A stretch of DNA of 64,000 nucleotides from Patescibacteria group bacterium (lineage in GTDB: Bacteria; Patescibacteriota; Minisyncoccia; Moranbacterales; UBA9337), in the NCBI GenBank assembly GCA_042569905.1, contig JBHPHA010000002.1, positions 3,756 to 67,755 of the forward strand, read 5' to 3'. Position numbers and translations under genes: made by a program. Below, in pieces: positions 50,003 to 58,268 of this stretch. The notes below the pieces were generated by a model. That model was not told the DNA's origin, did not search any database, and saw only the letters and a list, made by a program, of their open reading frames with translations. The first letter of the stretch is position 1; the number at the start of each line of letters is the position of its first letter.

Positions 50003-51580
50003 TCAAAAGGGCTTATCAATTTTTAACTCATCGCAAAACTTTGCGATTTTTTCTTGAATTCCAACTTCATCTTTCTGAAGATTTTTGAGATTTTTTGAAA
50101 CTTCCTCAATGTCAATTTCCTCCTCTTCTTCAAAAGTGTCCACATATCTTGGGATGTTGAGATTGTACTCATTCTCAATGATTTCTTCCATTGTTGCTCG
50201 GTGGGAATATTTTTCAATCTCTTTTCTGTCTTTGTAAGTCTCGAAAATCTTTTCAATGTTTTGATTAGTCAACCTGTTTTGATTTTTTTCTTTTTCAAAT
50301 CCCTTCGAAGCATCAATGAATAGAATATCGTCATCATTTTTTCTGCACTTTTTGAAAACCAAAACAGTAGCTGGAATTGATGTTCCATAGAAAAGATTTG
50401 ACGGAAGTCCAATCACAGCATCGAGGTAGTTTTGTTTTTCGATTATATACTTCCTGATTTGTCCTTCTGCTCCTGATCGAAACAATGCGCCATGAGGAAG
50501 AACAATTGCCATTGTCCCATTGTCTGCCAAGTGATAGAGCATGTGCGTCACGAAAGCATAATCCGCTGCACCCTTTGGAGCCAGTCTTCCATATTGAGAA
50601 AAACGATCATCCTGGGCAAGTTGTGGATCACTGTCACTTTTCCATTTTGCAGAAAAAGGAGGATTGGCAACAATTGCCTCCGCCTTAAGATCCTCATGCA
50701 TGTCCTCCACCAGAGTGTCTCCGTGGCGAATGTCAAAGTGATCAAAATGAACTCCGTGAAGAATCATATTCATTCTTGCTAGATTGTAGGTTGTTGGATT
50801 CAGTTCTTGTCCATAATAGTCTGAAACTTCAGTGTAATCGTTGAGACGCAAAAGCAAGGATCCCGATCCGCAAGATGGATCATAAACGCTACGAACTCTT
50901 TTTTTGTCTTCGGAAACTATTTGAGCCATTAGTCTTGAAATTTGTTGAGGAGTGTAGAACTCTCCACCTTTTTTCCCTGCGCCTGCCGCAAACTCACCAA
51001 TCAAATATTCATATGCATCCCCAAGCAAGTCACTCTTTGAATCTTCAAGCTTGAAATCAATCCCACTCAGATGAGTGAGCACTTCGATGACAACTTCATT
51101 TTTTTGATTCTCTCGAGCGCCTAGTTTTGTGGAAGTCAGATCAACATCGTCGAACAATCCCTTGAAATCATCTTCACTATCAGTTCCCATCGATGTTTGC
51201 TCGATTGTGTTGAGAACATTTCGAAGATCTTCAATGATGAAATTTTCTTCACCTTTAATTTCACCTTTTCCTTTTTTAACAAGATATGAAAAAAGTTCAG
51301 AAGGCTTCAAGAAAAATCCAAGTTCATCAACACAAGCCACTTGAACCTCTTTCAAAATCTTACTACCTTCTTTAGTTTTCTCTTTTATTTCAAAAAATTT
51401 GAATTTTTCATCACACAAAAGCTTCTCGTCCACAAAATATTCCAATTTTTCAGATAGATATTTGTAGAAAATGAAACCAAGAATATAGTTTTTGTACTCA
51501 TCAGCATTCATCTTTCCTCGAAGCAAATCCGCCACATTCCACAGTTGTTTCTCCAAAAGCTTTTTTTGTTCTGTTGTCAT
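50003..51580 (-). CDS. hsdM: Type I restriction-modification N6-adenine methyltransferase M subunit
   Basis: HsdM N-terminus LWNVADLLRG; SAM motif DPSCGSGS; catalytic NPPF. Confidence 0.95.
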   Translation of the reverse strand: MTTEQKKLLEKQLWNVADLLRGKMNADEYKNYILGFIFYKYLSEKLEYFVDEKLLCDEKFKFFEIKEKTKEGSKILKEVQVACVDELGFFLKPSELFSYLVKKGKGEIKGEENFIIEDLRNVLNTIEQTSMGTDSEDDFKGLFDDVDLTSTKLGARENQKNEVVIEVLTHLSGIDFKLEDSKSDLLGDAYEYLIGEFAAGAGKKGGEFYTPQQISRLMAQIVSEDKKRVRSVYDPSCGSGSLLLRLNDYTEVSDYYGQELNPTTYNLARMNMILHGVHFDHFDIRHGDTLVEDMHEDLKAEAIVANPPFSAKWKSDSDPQLAQDDRFSQYGRLAPKGAADYAFVTHMLYHLADNGTMAIVLPHGALFRSGAEGQIRKYIIEKQNYLDAVIGLPSNLFYGTSIPATVLVFKKCRKNDDDILFIDASKGFEKEKNQNRLTNQNIEKIFETYKDRKEIEKYSHRATMEEIIENEYNLNIPRYVDTFEEEEEIDIEEVSKNLKNLQKDEVGIQEKIAKFCDELKIDKPF

Positions 51581-51760
51581 ATTTTTATCCCTTTTTCAGT
51601 ATTAAAATTAAAGTAATTCACAAAATAACACTAGTTAATAATAGCACTATTGAACGCTTAAATACAATCATTGCTATTCTTCACGTATTTTAACACTTCT
51701 ACTTTTTCCAAAAATTCATCTAGTTATTTTGATATTCTCTTTTAAAAATTGGTTCCTACT

Positions 51761-52000
51761 CTACCACTTCTTACTATAATTCGTTTTTACATGTTCGTTG
51801 ATGAAAGTGCTTAGTCCTTCTCCTTTTTGTGCGAGTTCTTTCATTGCTTCAACGTTACTGTCTCCAGCGCTTCCGTAAGTGTATTTGTAGTTTGTGTAGC
51901 TGAAAACTGGTGATGGATTGAATTGCACATCAATGAACTCATCTCCTATCTCGTATGAGATGACATTAGAGTCTCCGCCTAGGTTCTTGTAGTTTTCCAT
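51761..52000 (-). CDS. KTSC domain-like small protein
   Basis: ISYEIGDEFIDVQF..YKYTY..AMKELAQKGEGLSTFINEHVKTNY fits my memory of the KTSC pattern. Confidence 0.5.
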   Translation of the reverse strand: MENYKNLGGDSNVISYEIGDEFIDVQFNPSPVFSYTNYKYTYGSAGDSNVEAMKELAQKGEGLSTFINEHVKTNYSKKW

Positions 52001-52088
52001 ATTATTATTTTAAAAAAATTAAATGTATCTTTAAATGTACCTTTTTTTATTATTAAGTTCATCGAGTATTTGTGACTATATTTAGGTT

Positions 52089-52186
52089 GAGATCTCTCGA
52101 CTTCACTTCACTCGTTCCTCGTTTCGCTCCGCTCGAGATGACAAGCTACGGGGGTGACCGTGTGGGAAGATGACAAGCTACGGGGG
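52089..52186 (-). repeat. type B hairpin element (inverted) plus two tandem GATGACAAGCTACGGGGG termini
   Basis: gagatctctcgacttcacttcactcgttcctcgtttcgctccgctcgagatgacaagctacggggg..gatgacaagctacggggg. Confidence 0.75.
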
Positions 52187-52294
52187 ATAATAAGATGCGG
52201 GAACTAAAAAAACACTACCCTTCTTTGATAGTGTTTTTACCTTAGCATAAGTGATATGAAATAAAGATGAAGAAGTTATGAAGTTTTTGTGAAA

Positions 52295-52332
52295 TAAAAA
52301 AAGCCTGATCAAGTTTTACCTGATAGGCTTTT
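52295..52332 (-). terminator. intrinsic terminator
   Basis: aaaaaaagcctgatcaagttttacctgataggctttt. Confidence 0.65.
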
Positions 52333-52358
52333 AATTTCCCTTATTTTACTAAATGTAA

Positions 52359-52499
52359 CTATCTTCGAGTTCCATTCAAAGTTTCCAATGCCTCATCCCA
52401 TCTCTTTCCCATATAGTTAATGAGAAGAACGATTCTCTGATTTATTTCCTGCTGGACTTGAAGAGTGCGTTCATCAAATATTGCAGACACCCAGTTCAT
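52359..52499 (-). CDS. possible 46-aa ORF, not in track
   Basis: MNWVSAIFDERTLQVQQEINQRIVLLINYMGKRWDEALETLNGTRR; sits between the stop of 52517..52975 and its terminator; weak. Confidence 0.25.
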   Translation of the reverse strand: MNWVSAIFDERTLQVQQEINQRIVLLINYMGKRWDEALETLNGTRR

Positions 52500-52516
52500 T
52501 CTTTGACCGAAAGAAG

Positions 52517-52975
52517 TTAATCGATTACCTCTTCATCACTTGATGGTGAAAAAAGTCGCTTCGCGCTTTTGTCTTCATCTGTTGGAACCCGACACAGAAT
52601 CCCATTGAAAATAGCTTCAAATTGCATCATGGGGACTTTCATTTCCTGTGCTAATTGCATTGCAACTTCGGCATGCTCTTTAGAACCGGGTTCTGAAATC
52701 ATCAGACTCCAACACATTACTATATGCCAGTAATCAATATCATCAAAACGTTCCAGGAAGGCTATCGCTCTCCAAAGTGCAATTGTGTCATATCCACCAT
52801 CCTCCAGAACCACCGGAGAAAAACAACTATGATTAGAGTCAATCATTAGGCTCAATACATTACCACTACTATCATCCACAGTTTCTCCCACAAAAAAAAC
52901 GATGCTATCAACTTTCTCGCCTCTTATTTTTCTTGTTTTTAACTCCTTTCCAATCCACGCAATCCTTACTGACAT
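52517..52975 (-). CDS. hypothetical protein, family Q
   Basis: GAGGAG RBS; N-terminus GKELKTRKIRGEKVDSIVFFVG parallels GKKLENKKVNGKNVRTFQFFIG of 58269..59027. Confidence 0.55.
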   Translation of the reverse strand: MSVRIAWIGKELKTRKIRGEKVDSIVFFVGETVDDSSGNVLSLMIDSNHSCFSPVVLEDGGYDTIALWRAIAFLERFDDIDYWHIVMCWSLMISEPGSKEHAEVAMQLAQEMKVPMMQFEAIFNGILCRVPTDEDKSAKRLFSPSSDEEVID

Positions 52976-53208
52976 CTCTATTCTCCTCTTGTGATGATTT
53001 ATGTGTTTTTAATGTTTTTTAAAAAAACTAACCTGATTACTAATTGTAGCAGAAAAAGTCTCTATTGTCAACCAGAAAAGAACTATTTCTCTCAGTTCTT
53101 TTAAAATTTAAGTCTATTTATTTCTCAATCTTTTCAACAATTCTCGATAACCTGCAATTGCTTTCTCCATAAGCTGGTATGTTTTTTTATTTTTATTTTT
53201 TTGGCAAC

Positions 53209-53243
53209 AAAAAAACGGGGAGTTCATTTTTGAACTCTCCGTT
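53209..53243 (-). terminator. terminator family T-b, copy 1
   Basis: aaaaaacggggagttcatttttgaactctccgtt. Confidence 0.7.
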
Positions 53244-53271
53244 ATACTGCTTCTAAGGAGTAGGTGATGCC

Positions 53272-53862
53272 TTATGTATCAGATTTTCTCCACCTTTTAA
53301 AAAACTTTATAAATTTCTCCTTCATTGTATGCTTAAGGGCTGATTCTTTTGCTGCCTGTAAAGCACGAAATTTCGCATTTAAAACCCTCGTCTTAATATA
53401 GCTCGCATCCAACGAGCTAATCCCGCAAGGTCCATCAGTATTCTCATTCCCCCTCCAAAGTAGCAATATGTATTTCACAAACTCTTTTGCTACTTTCTTG
53501 GTGTTGGAATCTAATGCAATGTATTTGCCCGTATCGATAGAAAGATCTACAATGAATCCCCTTATTAAATTCATTTCAGTATCTTCCTTCAATACGATTG
53601 CAGAAACCGCTAAAACAAAATTAGCATCTTTATCTCCTACTCTCTCATCACATTTTCGACACACAAACGGATATGTCTCTCCATACTTGTTCAGCTGCAT
53701 CTCCAATTGATGTGCAGTCCACAGAGGATCATGATCCAAAAATGGAATCGCCAACACCCTTCCACTTGAGACATTTACTAGTTCACCGCAAGAGCGACAA
53801 ATTTGATCATCTTCAGATTGGGAATCCATGTTCTGTATCGCATCTTTAGACTCTATACTCAT
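53272..53862 (-). CDS. hypothetical zinc-ribbon protein
   Basis: ATG 53862 with AAGGGAGA RBS; CRSCGE ... CRKCDE Cys pairs. Confidence 0.55.
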   Translation of the reverse strand: MSIESKDAIQNMDSQSEDDQICRSCGELVNVSSGRVLAIPFLDHDPLWTAHQLEMQLNKYGETYPFVCRKCDERVGDKDANFVLAVSAIVLKEDTEMNLIRGFIVDLSIDTGKYIALDSNTKKVAKEFVKYILLLWRGNENTDGPCGISSLDASYIKTRVLNAKFRALQAAKESALKHTMKEKFIKFFKRWRKSDT

Positions 53863-53968
53863 GATAGTTCTCCCTTTTTTTATTGACATGTTAACGAACA
53901 TTACATATTAGTATAGTTTCAAGTTCTTGTCAATCCAAAACTACGCCACCTATGAAGTTTTTGTGAAA

Positions 53969-54005
53969 TAAAAAAAACGGGGAGTTCATTTTTGAACTCT
54001 CCCGC
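53969..54005 (-). terminator. terminator family T-b, copy 2
   Basis: aaaaaaaacggggagttcatttttgaactctcccgct. Confidence 0.7.
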
Positions 54006-54015
54006 TATACATTCT

Positions 54016-54441
54016 TTACATTCCTGCCATCACCTTCACAAGAAGTAACTGAAGATTATCGTCGCACTCTTTATCCTTAACCAAAAGTCTTTTGAGCTCA
54101 GAAGATGACTCAGTGGTCTCATTTTTCTCCACGATAGCAATCATATCCTTCCTATTCTTTCCGCGATCCATCATTATATTGAGAAGCTCCTCAGTCGCAG
54201 AAATCATCCACGAAGGAGCTTTGACTTCCTCCAGATCACCGGAAAGATATCTCCCCTGCAAACGCAGGAGATACTCTACAAATTCCTTCGCAAAAGAATC
54301 AGCAGCAGTCTCAGAGACATTTTCCGGAAATTCGAACATCTTGATCAAGCCAATTACCTCCTCCTCACCAATCAGGGTCAAACTAGCGCCCTCAAGATCC
54401 TCGGTTACTTGCTTCACAAATCTTTCTTTGGCGTTTTCCAT
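54016..54441 (-). CDS. hypothetical acidic protein
   Basis: 141 aa; GGAGGA RBS. Confidence 0.55.
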   Translation of the reverse strand: MENAKERFVKQVTEDLEGASLTLIGEEEVIGLIKMFEFPENVSETAADSFAKEFVEYLLRLQGRYLSGDLEEVKAPSWMISATEELLNIMMDRGKNRKDMIAIVEKNETTESSSELKRLLVKDKECDDNLQLLLVKVMAGM

Positions 54442-54587
54442 TATTCACTTCCTCCGTTTTATATTGGAATTTTTACCTAACTTCTCTTTTTAAAATATTC
54501 ACATTTTACTTTAAAGAACGATATTATATATTAGCATATTATTGCTGAAATGTCAAGAGGAGGAACCGCCATATTTCAGATAGGCTT

Positions 54588-55175
54588 TTAAGCAATAGTA
54601 CCTGGTTCTTTTTTGTTTTCTTTTTTATTATTGAAGACTTCCCAGTTATTAAAGTGATTAGTTGCGTCGTTTTCCATGTTTCCGAGAAATATCTTTCCTT
54701 CTCTAGGGTAGAATTTCAGTCGATACATGTCAGTAGATTTCATGTACCAGATGTTTTTAAGTTTGATATGCTTATCAATTTCTTTTTTTGTAAATATGAT
54801 GAAATCATTTTCACTTCCATCCTCTGTTAGGACAAAGATGTATATTGGCGTGTACTCTCCATGGAAAGTAACCGCTTCTTTTTTGATGCCTATATTGTAG
54901 AGATAGTTTTCATCACCATTCAAAAAAGCGGTTTTCACTTGAATGAAAAATAGCTTTCCGTTGTTGGTCACTACGACATCATAACCCTCATCAATGTATG
55001 ATTTCATTGCGTTGATTCCTTGAAACATTAACTTTGAAATCACAGCGTGTTCTCCTGCATATCCAATATATTGCATAAAAGCTCTGATGTCTTTCACTTT
55101 TTCAAGGTTTTTGTTTTTTGGTCTGTTGGCTAATTTCAATTCACTAATCGCCAGTTCAGTTTCTTTTGTATTCAT
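54588..55175 (-). CDS. PD-(D/E)XK (Hjc/restriction-endonuclease-like) nuclease family protein
   Basis: AGEHAVISKL..GYDVVV..KLFFIQVKT reproduces the E...D...(E/Q)xK core. Confidence 0.55.
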   Translation of the reverse strand: MNTKETELAISELKLANRPKNKNLEKVKDIRAFMQYIGYAGEHAVISKLMFQGINAMKSYIDEGYDVVVTNNGKLFFIQVKTAFLNGDENYLYNIGIKKEAVTFHGEYTPIYIFVLTEDGSENDFIIFTKKEIDKHIKLKNIWYMKSTDMYRLKFYPREGKIFLGNMENDATNHFNNWEVFNNKKENKKEPGTIA

Positions 55176-55181
55176 AGGTTG

Positions 55182-55349
55182 TTATTTCCAATCCTTAACG
55201 ATTAATTTTCCTCTTTCTTCTGTTACAATAACTTTTTGACCATTTCTCCACTTCAACTTCCTCACAAGCTCAATCGGGAGAGTAATGGAATAACTTGCAC
55301 CCCTCTTTAGAATTTTGCGTACATTTCGCTCTTCTAAAGTTCTTCTCAT
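55182..55349 (-). CDS. AbrB/MazE/SpoVT-family DNA-binding protein (55 aa), not in ORF track
   Basis: Own translation: MRRTLEERNVRKILKRGASYSITLPIELVRKLKWRNGQKVIVTEERGKLIVKDWK; stop lies 6 nt before the nuclease ATG. Confidence 0.65.
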   Translation of the reverse strand: MRRTLEERNVRKILKRGASYSITLPIELVRKLKWRNGQKVIVTEERGKLIVKDWK

Positions 55350-55408
55350 ATTTTTTTATTTTAAAATTTATTATTTATCTTTATCGCCTCAGGTAGTACA
55401 ATGCGTAG

Positions 55409-55486
55409 ATTCCGGATAAGTTAATTTCTTTGAACTCGTACCTCATTCAAGAAATTATACTTTCCGGAATGACAAGCTACGGGGGG
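55409..55486 (-). repeat. TTGTCATYC-terminus hairpin element, type A, copy 3 (inverted)
   Basis: attccggataagttaatttctttgaactcgtacctcattcaagaaattatactttccggaatgacaagctacgggggg. Confidence 0.75.
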
Positions 55487-55602
55487 TGACGGGTTAGGAG
55501 GAGGAATGCATTTCGAGAGTGCTTTTACCTTAACATAAGTGAGATGAAATAAAATTGAATTTTTTGTGAAATTTTTATGAAGTTGTTTTTTTGGATAAAA
55601 TA

Positions 55603-55636
55603 AAAAAACAGGTAGAGTCATTTGACTCACCTGTTT
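55603..55636 (-). terminator. intrinsic terminator
   Basis: aaaaaaacaggtagagtcatttgactcacctgttt. Confidence 0.65.
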
Positions 55637-55672
55637 ATTTTTACTTGGTATTTGTGCTTAGATTTAGAACAG

Positions 55673-56398
55673 TTACGCTCTTGCTAAAATTTCTTCAACG
55701 GCTTCAATGGTATCCTTGTCACATTTAGCATAAACAAGACTAAGTACTTCTGCCATTTTTTCAGGAGACGTATTTCCTGATTTAGCGTCGTTGATCCGAC
55801 CTTTTCTCTTCACCTCACTTACAGCTTCATATACCCTTTCATCCTTACAAGCTCTGGATAGGAAAAGCATGTCCGAATCATCCATCTTATCCGTTTTGAT
55901 GATTGCAATCGCAACATCAACGTCTCTGCAGCCTGCAAATATATCCATCATTTGAACTGGGTCCATGTCACTCCACGCAATGACATTAATCACTCTTGGA
56001 AGAATGCTATCATTTCCATATTCAGACAGCGATTTATAAGCTTTGATGTACATAAGGAATTCCAAGTTCTCCTCCGGAGACATTGTTTTTGCATTCAGGA
56101 TGTCCTTGATGGTGTCTTCTTTGTACTTACAGACATCAAACAGCTTGAATAATTCTGGAGCAGAAAGCTTTTTGGTTTCTATAACCTTCTCCATCAAACT
56201 TGGAAACTCTTCAACAAGTGGCATGAAGTCACTCATCACCCTAAAAGGACTAACTCTCTCCATCGACATCATATTTTCCAAAACAATCACTTTTTGAACC
56301 CCTCCTAGTCCACCTTCATTGATTTCGCTTATGATCTTATCTTCTGTCAAGTCAGGCATTCCCTCAATCAATTTCGTAAGCGATTCACCTTTACCCAT
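55673..56398 (-). CDS. hypothetical helical protein
   Basis: 241 aa; AGGAGA RBS. Confidence 0.6.
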   Translation of the reverse strand: MGKGESLTKLIEGMPDLTEDKIISEINEGGLGGVQKVIVLENMMSMERVSPFRVMSDFMPLVEEFPSLMEKVIETKKLSAPELFKLFDVCKYKEDTIKDILNAKTMSPEENLEFLMYIKAYKSLSEYGNDSILPRVINVIAWSDMDPVQMMDIFAGCRDVDVAIAIIKTDKMDDSDMLFLSRACKDERVYEAVSEVKRKGRINDAKSGNTSPEKMAEVLSLVYAKCDKDTIEAVEEILARA

Positions 56399-56609
56399 GC
56401 TGTTTCTCCTTTTCTTTGACTATTTTTGAATGTTAAGAGACTAAAACACATTGCCACATCGGACCTAAAACTTTATCATGTTTAGACTTATTTGTCAATA
56501 TCTCGTAAGAAAATCCTTTTGTAGAATTTTTGGGGAATAAAAAAGTGTTGAGTAATTTTACTCAACACATTGTTTTAAACTGCATTATGATTTAATCAAA
56601 AATGAAATC

Positions 56610-57044
56610 TTAGCCAGTATGCTTCAATGAAAAAACACGATCCCCTCTTCGACAACATACCTTGAAATTAACATCTTCAATCTTACCTAGCAATTGATGC
56701 CTGTTGGAAAACTGATCGGATTCCTCAATTAGGCTCCAGAAGTTATCGAAATTACCCAGGAAATCAATGCGATCAAAAAGTCCCTTGGCAATTTTAAATA
56801 ATTCTTCATTATACCGAAACACTCTTCTCGGAAGACCGGAAACTGCTTCAATAAGAACCTTTGACGGCTCTCCTTCATAGCAGTGAAAAATGCTCCCGTG
56901 CATTCTATTCACATCAACCGTCTTTCTTTTACTGTATTGATTAATTTCAACTCCGACAATGAAATATTTTTCTCCACTAACAAAATTACTATTGTCCACA
57001 ATCATTGCACCTTTCAATTTCTCAATTCTTTCTTCAAACGTCAT
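56610..57044 (-). CDS. hypothetical protein, family C
   Basis: Start at MTFEERIEKLKG (AAGAGG RBS); paralog of 31142..31543 (shared R(I/V)F(K/R)YN(K/E)E.F, FW(A/S)LIE.S.QFS). Confidence 0.6.
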   Translation of the reverse strand: MTFEERIEKLKGAMIVDNSNFVSGEKYFIVGVEINQYSKRKTVDVNRMHGSIFHCYEGEPSKVLIEAVSGLPRRVFRYNEELFKIAKGLFDRIDFLGNFDNFWSLIEESDQFSNRHQLLGKIEDVNFKVCCRRGDRVFSLKHTG

Positions 57045-57174
57045 CTGAAACCTCTTTCCTATTTTTTTTAACAAAAAATACTTCAACCTAAGCAATAAGA
57101 TTATTACACTTTACATTTTTTGTCAAGAAAAAGATTGGCTTCTGGGATGTTTTCTTGAATTTCATTTGCTCATA

Positions 57175-57203
57175 TTGACAAAATCTGTTAAATTTGGTAC
57201 AAT
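57175..57203 (+). promoter_or_regulatory. promoter TTGACA-N17-TACAAT
   Basis: ttgaca aaatctgttaaatttgg tacaat. Confidence 0.6.
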
Positions 57204-57261
57204 TAAGTATCAAAAAGTTTTTTTACAAATCATTATCAACATTAATAAAGGAGAGATCACG

Positions 57262-57660
57262 ATGGACCCGAGTAAACAAGCAGTTTTAAAAAGAGCTGGT
57301 TTGCCAGCAGCATTTTCACTGGTACTATTCATAGTAGTACTGTTTGGACCAAGAAACTTACTGAACTTGACTGGTTGCTTCATGTTAAGCGTTGGGTTGG
57401 AAGCATTGTTTTTAAGAGTTATCTTGAAGTCTTGGGCGGCGTGTCGGAACGAAAGATTGTCCCAGCTGGCAAGGGCTCATGAGGAGATGTTTGGGATGGT
57501 TCTCATGGTAATTGCAATGTTTAATGGACTCTCCATTGTTCTGTCTGCTACGCATCTTCATAATAATTTTTCCCACGTAGCAGTGATTTGGATCTCAGCA
57601 GCTGTGGCTATGACTGGGGTCACAATAGTGAGTACATTGTCCTATTTTCCAAGGAAATAA
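57262..57660 (+). CDS. hypothetical 4-TM membrane protein
   Basis: ATG 57262 after AAAGGAGAG; the track start 57166 lies upstream of the promoter -35 box (57175-57180), so that start would not be transcribed from this promoter. Confidence 0.6.
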   Translation: MDPSKQAVLKRAGLPAAFSLVLFIVVLFGPRNLLNLTGCFMLSVGLEALFLRVILKSWAACRNERLSQLARAHEEMFGMVLMVIAMFNGLSIVLSATHLHNNFSHVAVIWISAAVAMTGVTIVSTLSYFPRK

Positions 57661-57788
57661 GGAATTGAAAGAATATAAAAGCGCGAGGAAAAATCCTCTC
57701 GCTTTTTTTATTTTCTCTATTTTGTGTTAATTTGTGGAATTAAAAAGCGCTAGATGATTACCACCTAGCGCTTAACCTAACTTATTTA

Positions 57789-58223
57789 TTATTCCAATGC
57801 TCTTTGATCAGCAGGAATATTGTATCGGACTTTATAATCCTTCAAAAATTCATCCAGTGGCTGATTGATTTGCATTACATATGAATCTCCAGAAACTTTA
57901 CACAAGTTACCGTAATGATCTGTAAATTCCCAACCGTCACTTTGAGTGGAACTCTTGACGTAATTATCTTTCAGCACCCAGTGACGAATTGTTTTTCCAC
58001 CACTATTGTCAACCACTAACCACTCTCCTTCTACGGAGCTGGCCATAAGTTCCTTATACTCCATCTGACCAGATGACGTGAAGAATGCACCAATAACCAT
58101 ACAGTAACAAAGCGCGCCAATAGGTATAGAAAAAAATCTGTGTTCTCTGGCTGCATAAATCCACACACCAGAAAAAAACGCTCCAATTCCTCCAACACAC
58201 AACAAAACAACAAACGCGGTCAT
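57789..58223 (-). CDS. hypothetical protein, 2 TM + soluble domain
   Basis: 144 aa; 45 nt downstream of 58269..59027; terminator at 57742-57773. Confidence 0.55.
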   Translation of the reverse strand: MTAFVVLLCVGGIGAFFSGVWIYAAREHRFFSIPIGALCYCMVIGAFFTSSGQMEYKELMASSVEGEWLVVDNSGGKTIRHWVLKDNYVKSSTQSDGWEFTDHYGNLCKVSGDSYVMQINQPLDEFLKDYKVRYNIPADQRALE

Positions 58224-58268
58224 ATCTTCACCCTTTCAGTTTTTATTATTAATAAGCAGCGCCATTCA

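Noticed and set aside
37069-52038. 18-nt match ACATTTAAAGATACATTT at 37069-37086 (+) and 52021-52038 (-)
   Set aside because: A single exact 18-mer in 64 kb of AT-rich DNA is close to chance expectation, and its position relative to the two promoters differs.
38123-52186. Prophage or integrative conjugative element
   Set aside because: No integrase, transposase, or phage structural or replication genes were recognised. The island consists only of defence-type genes and small repeats.
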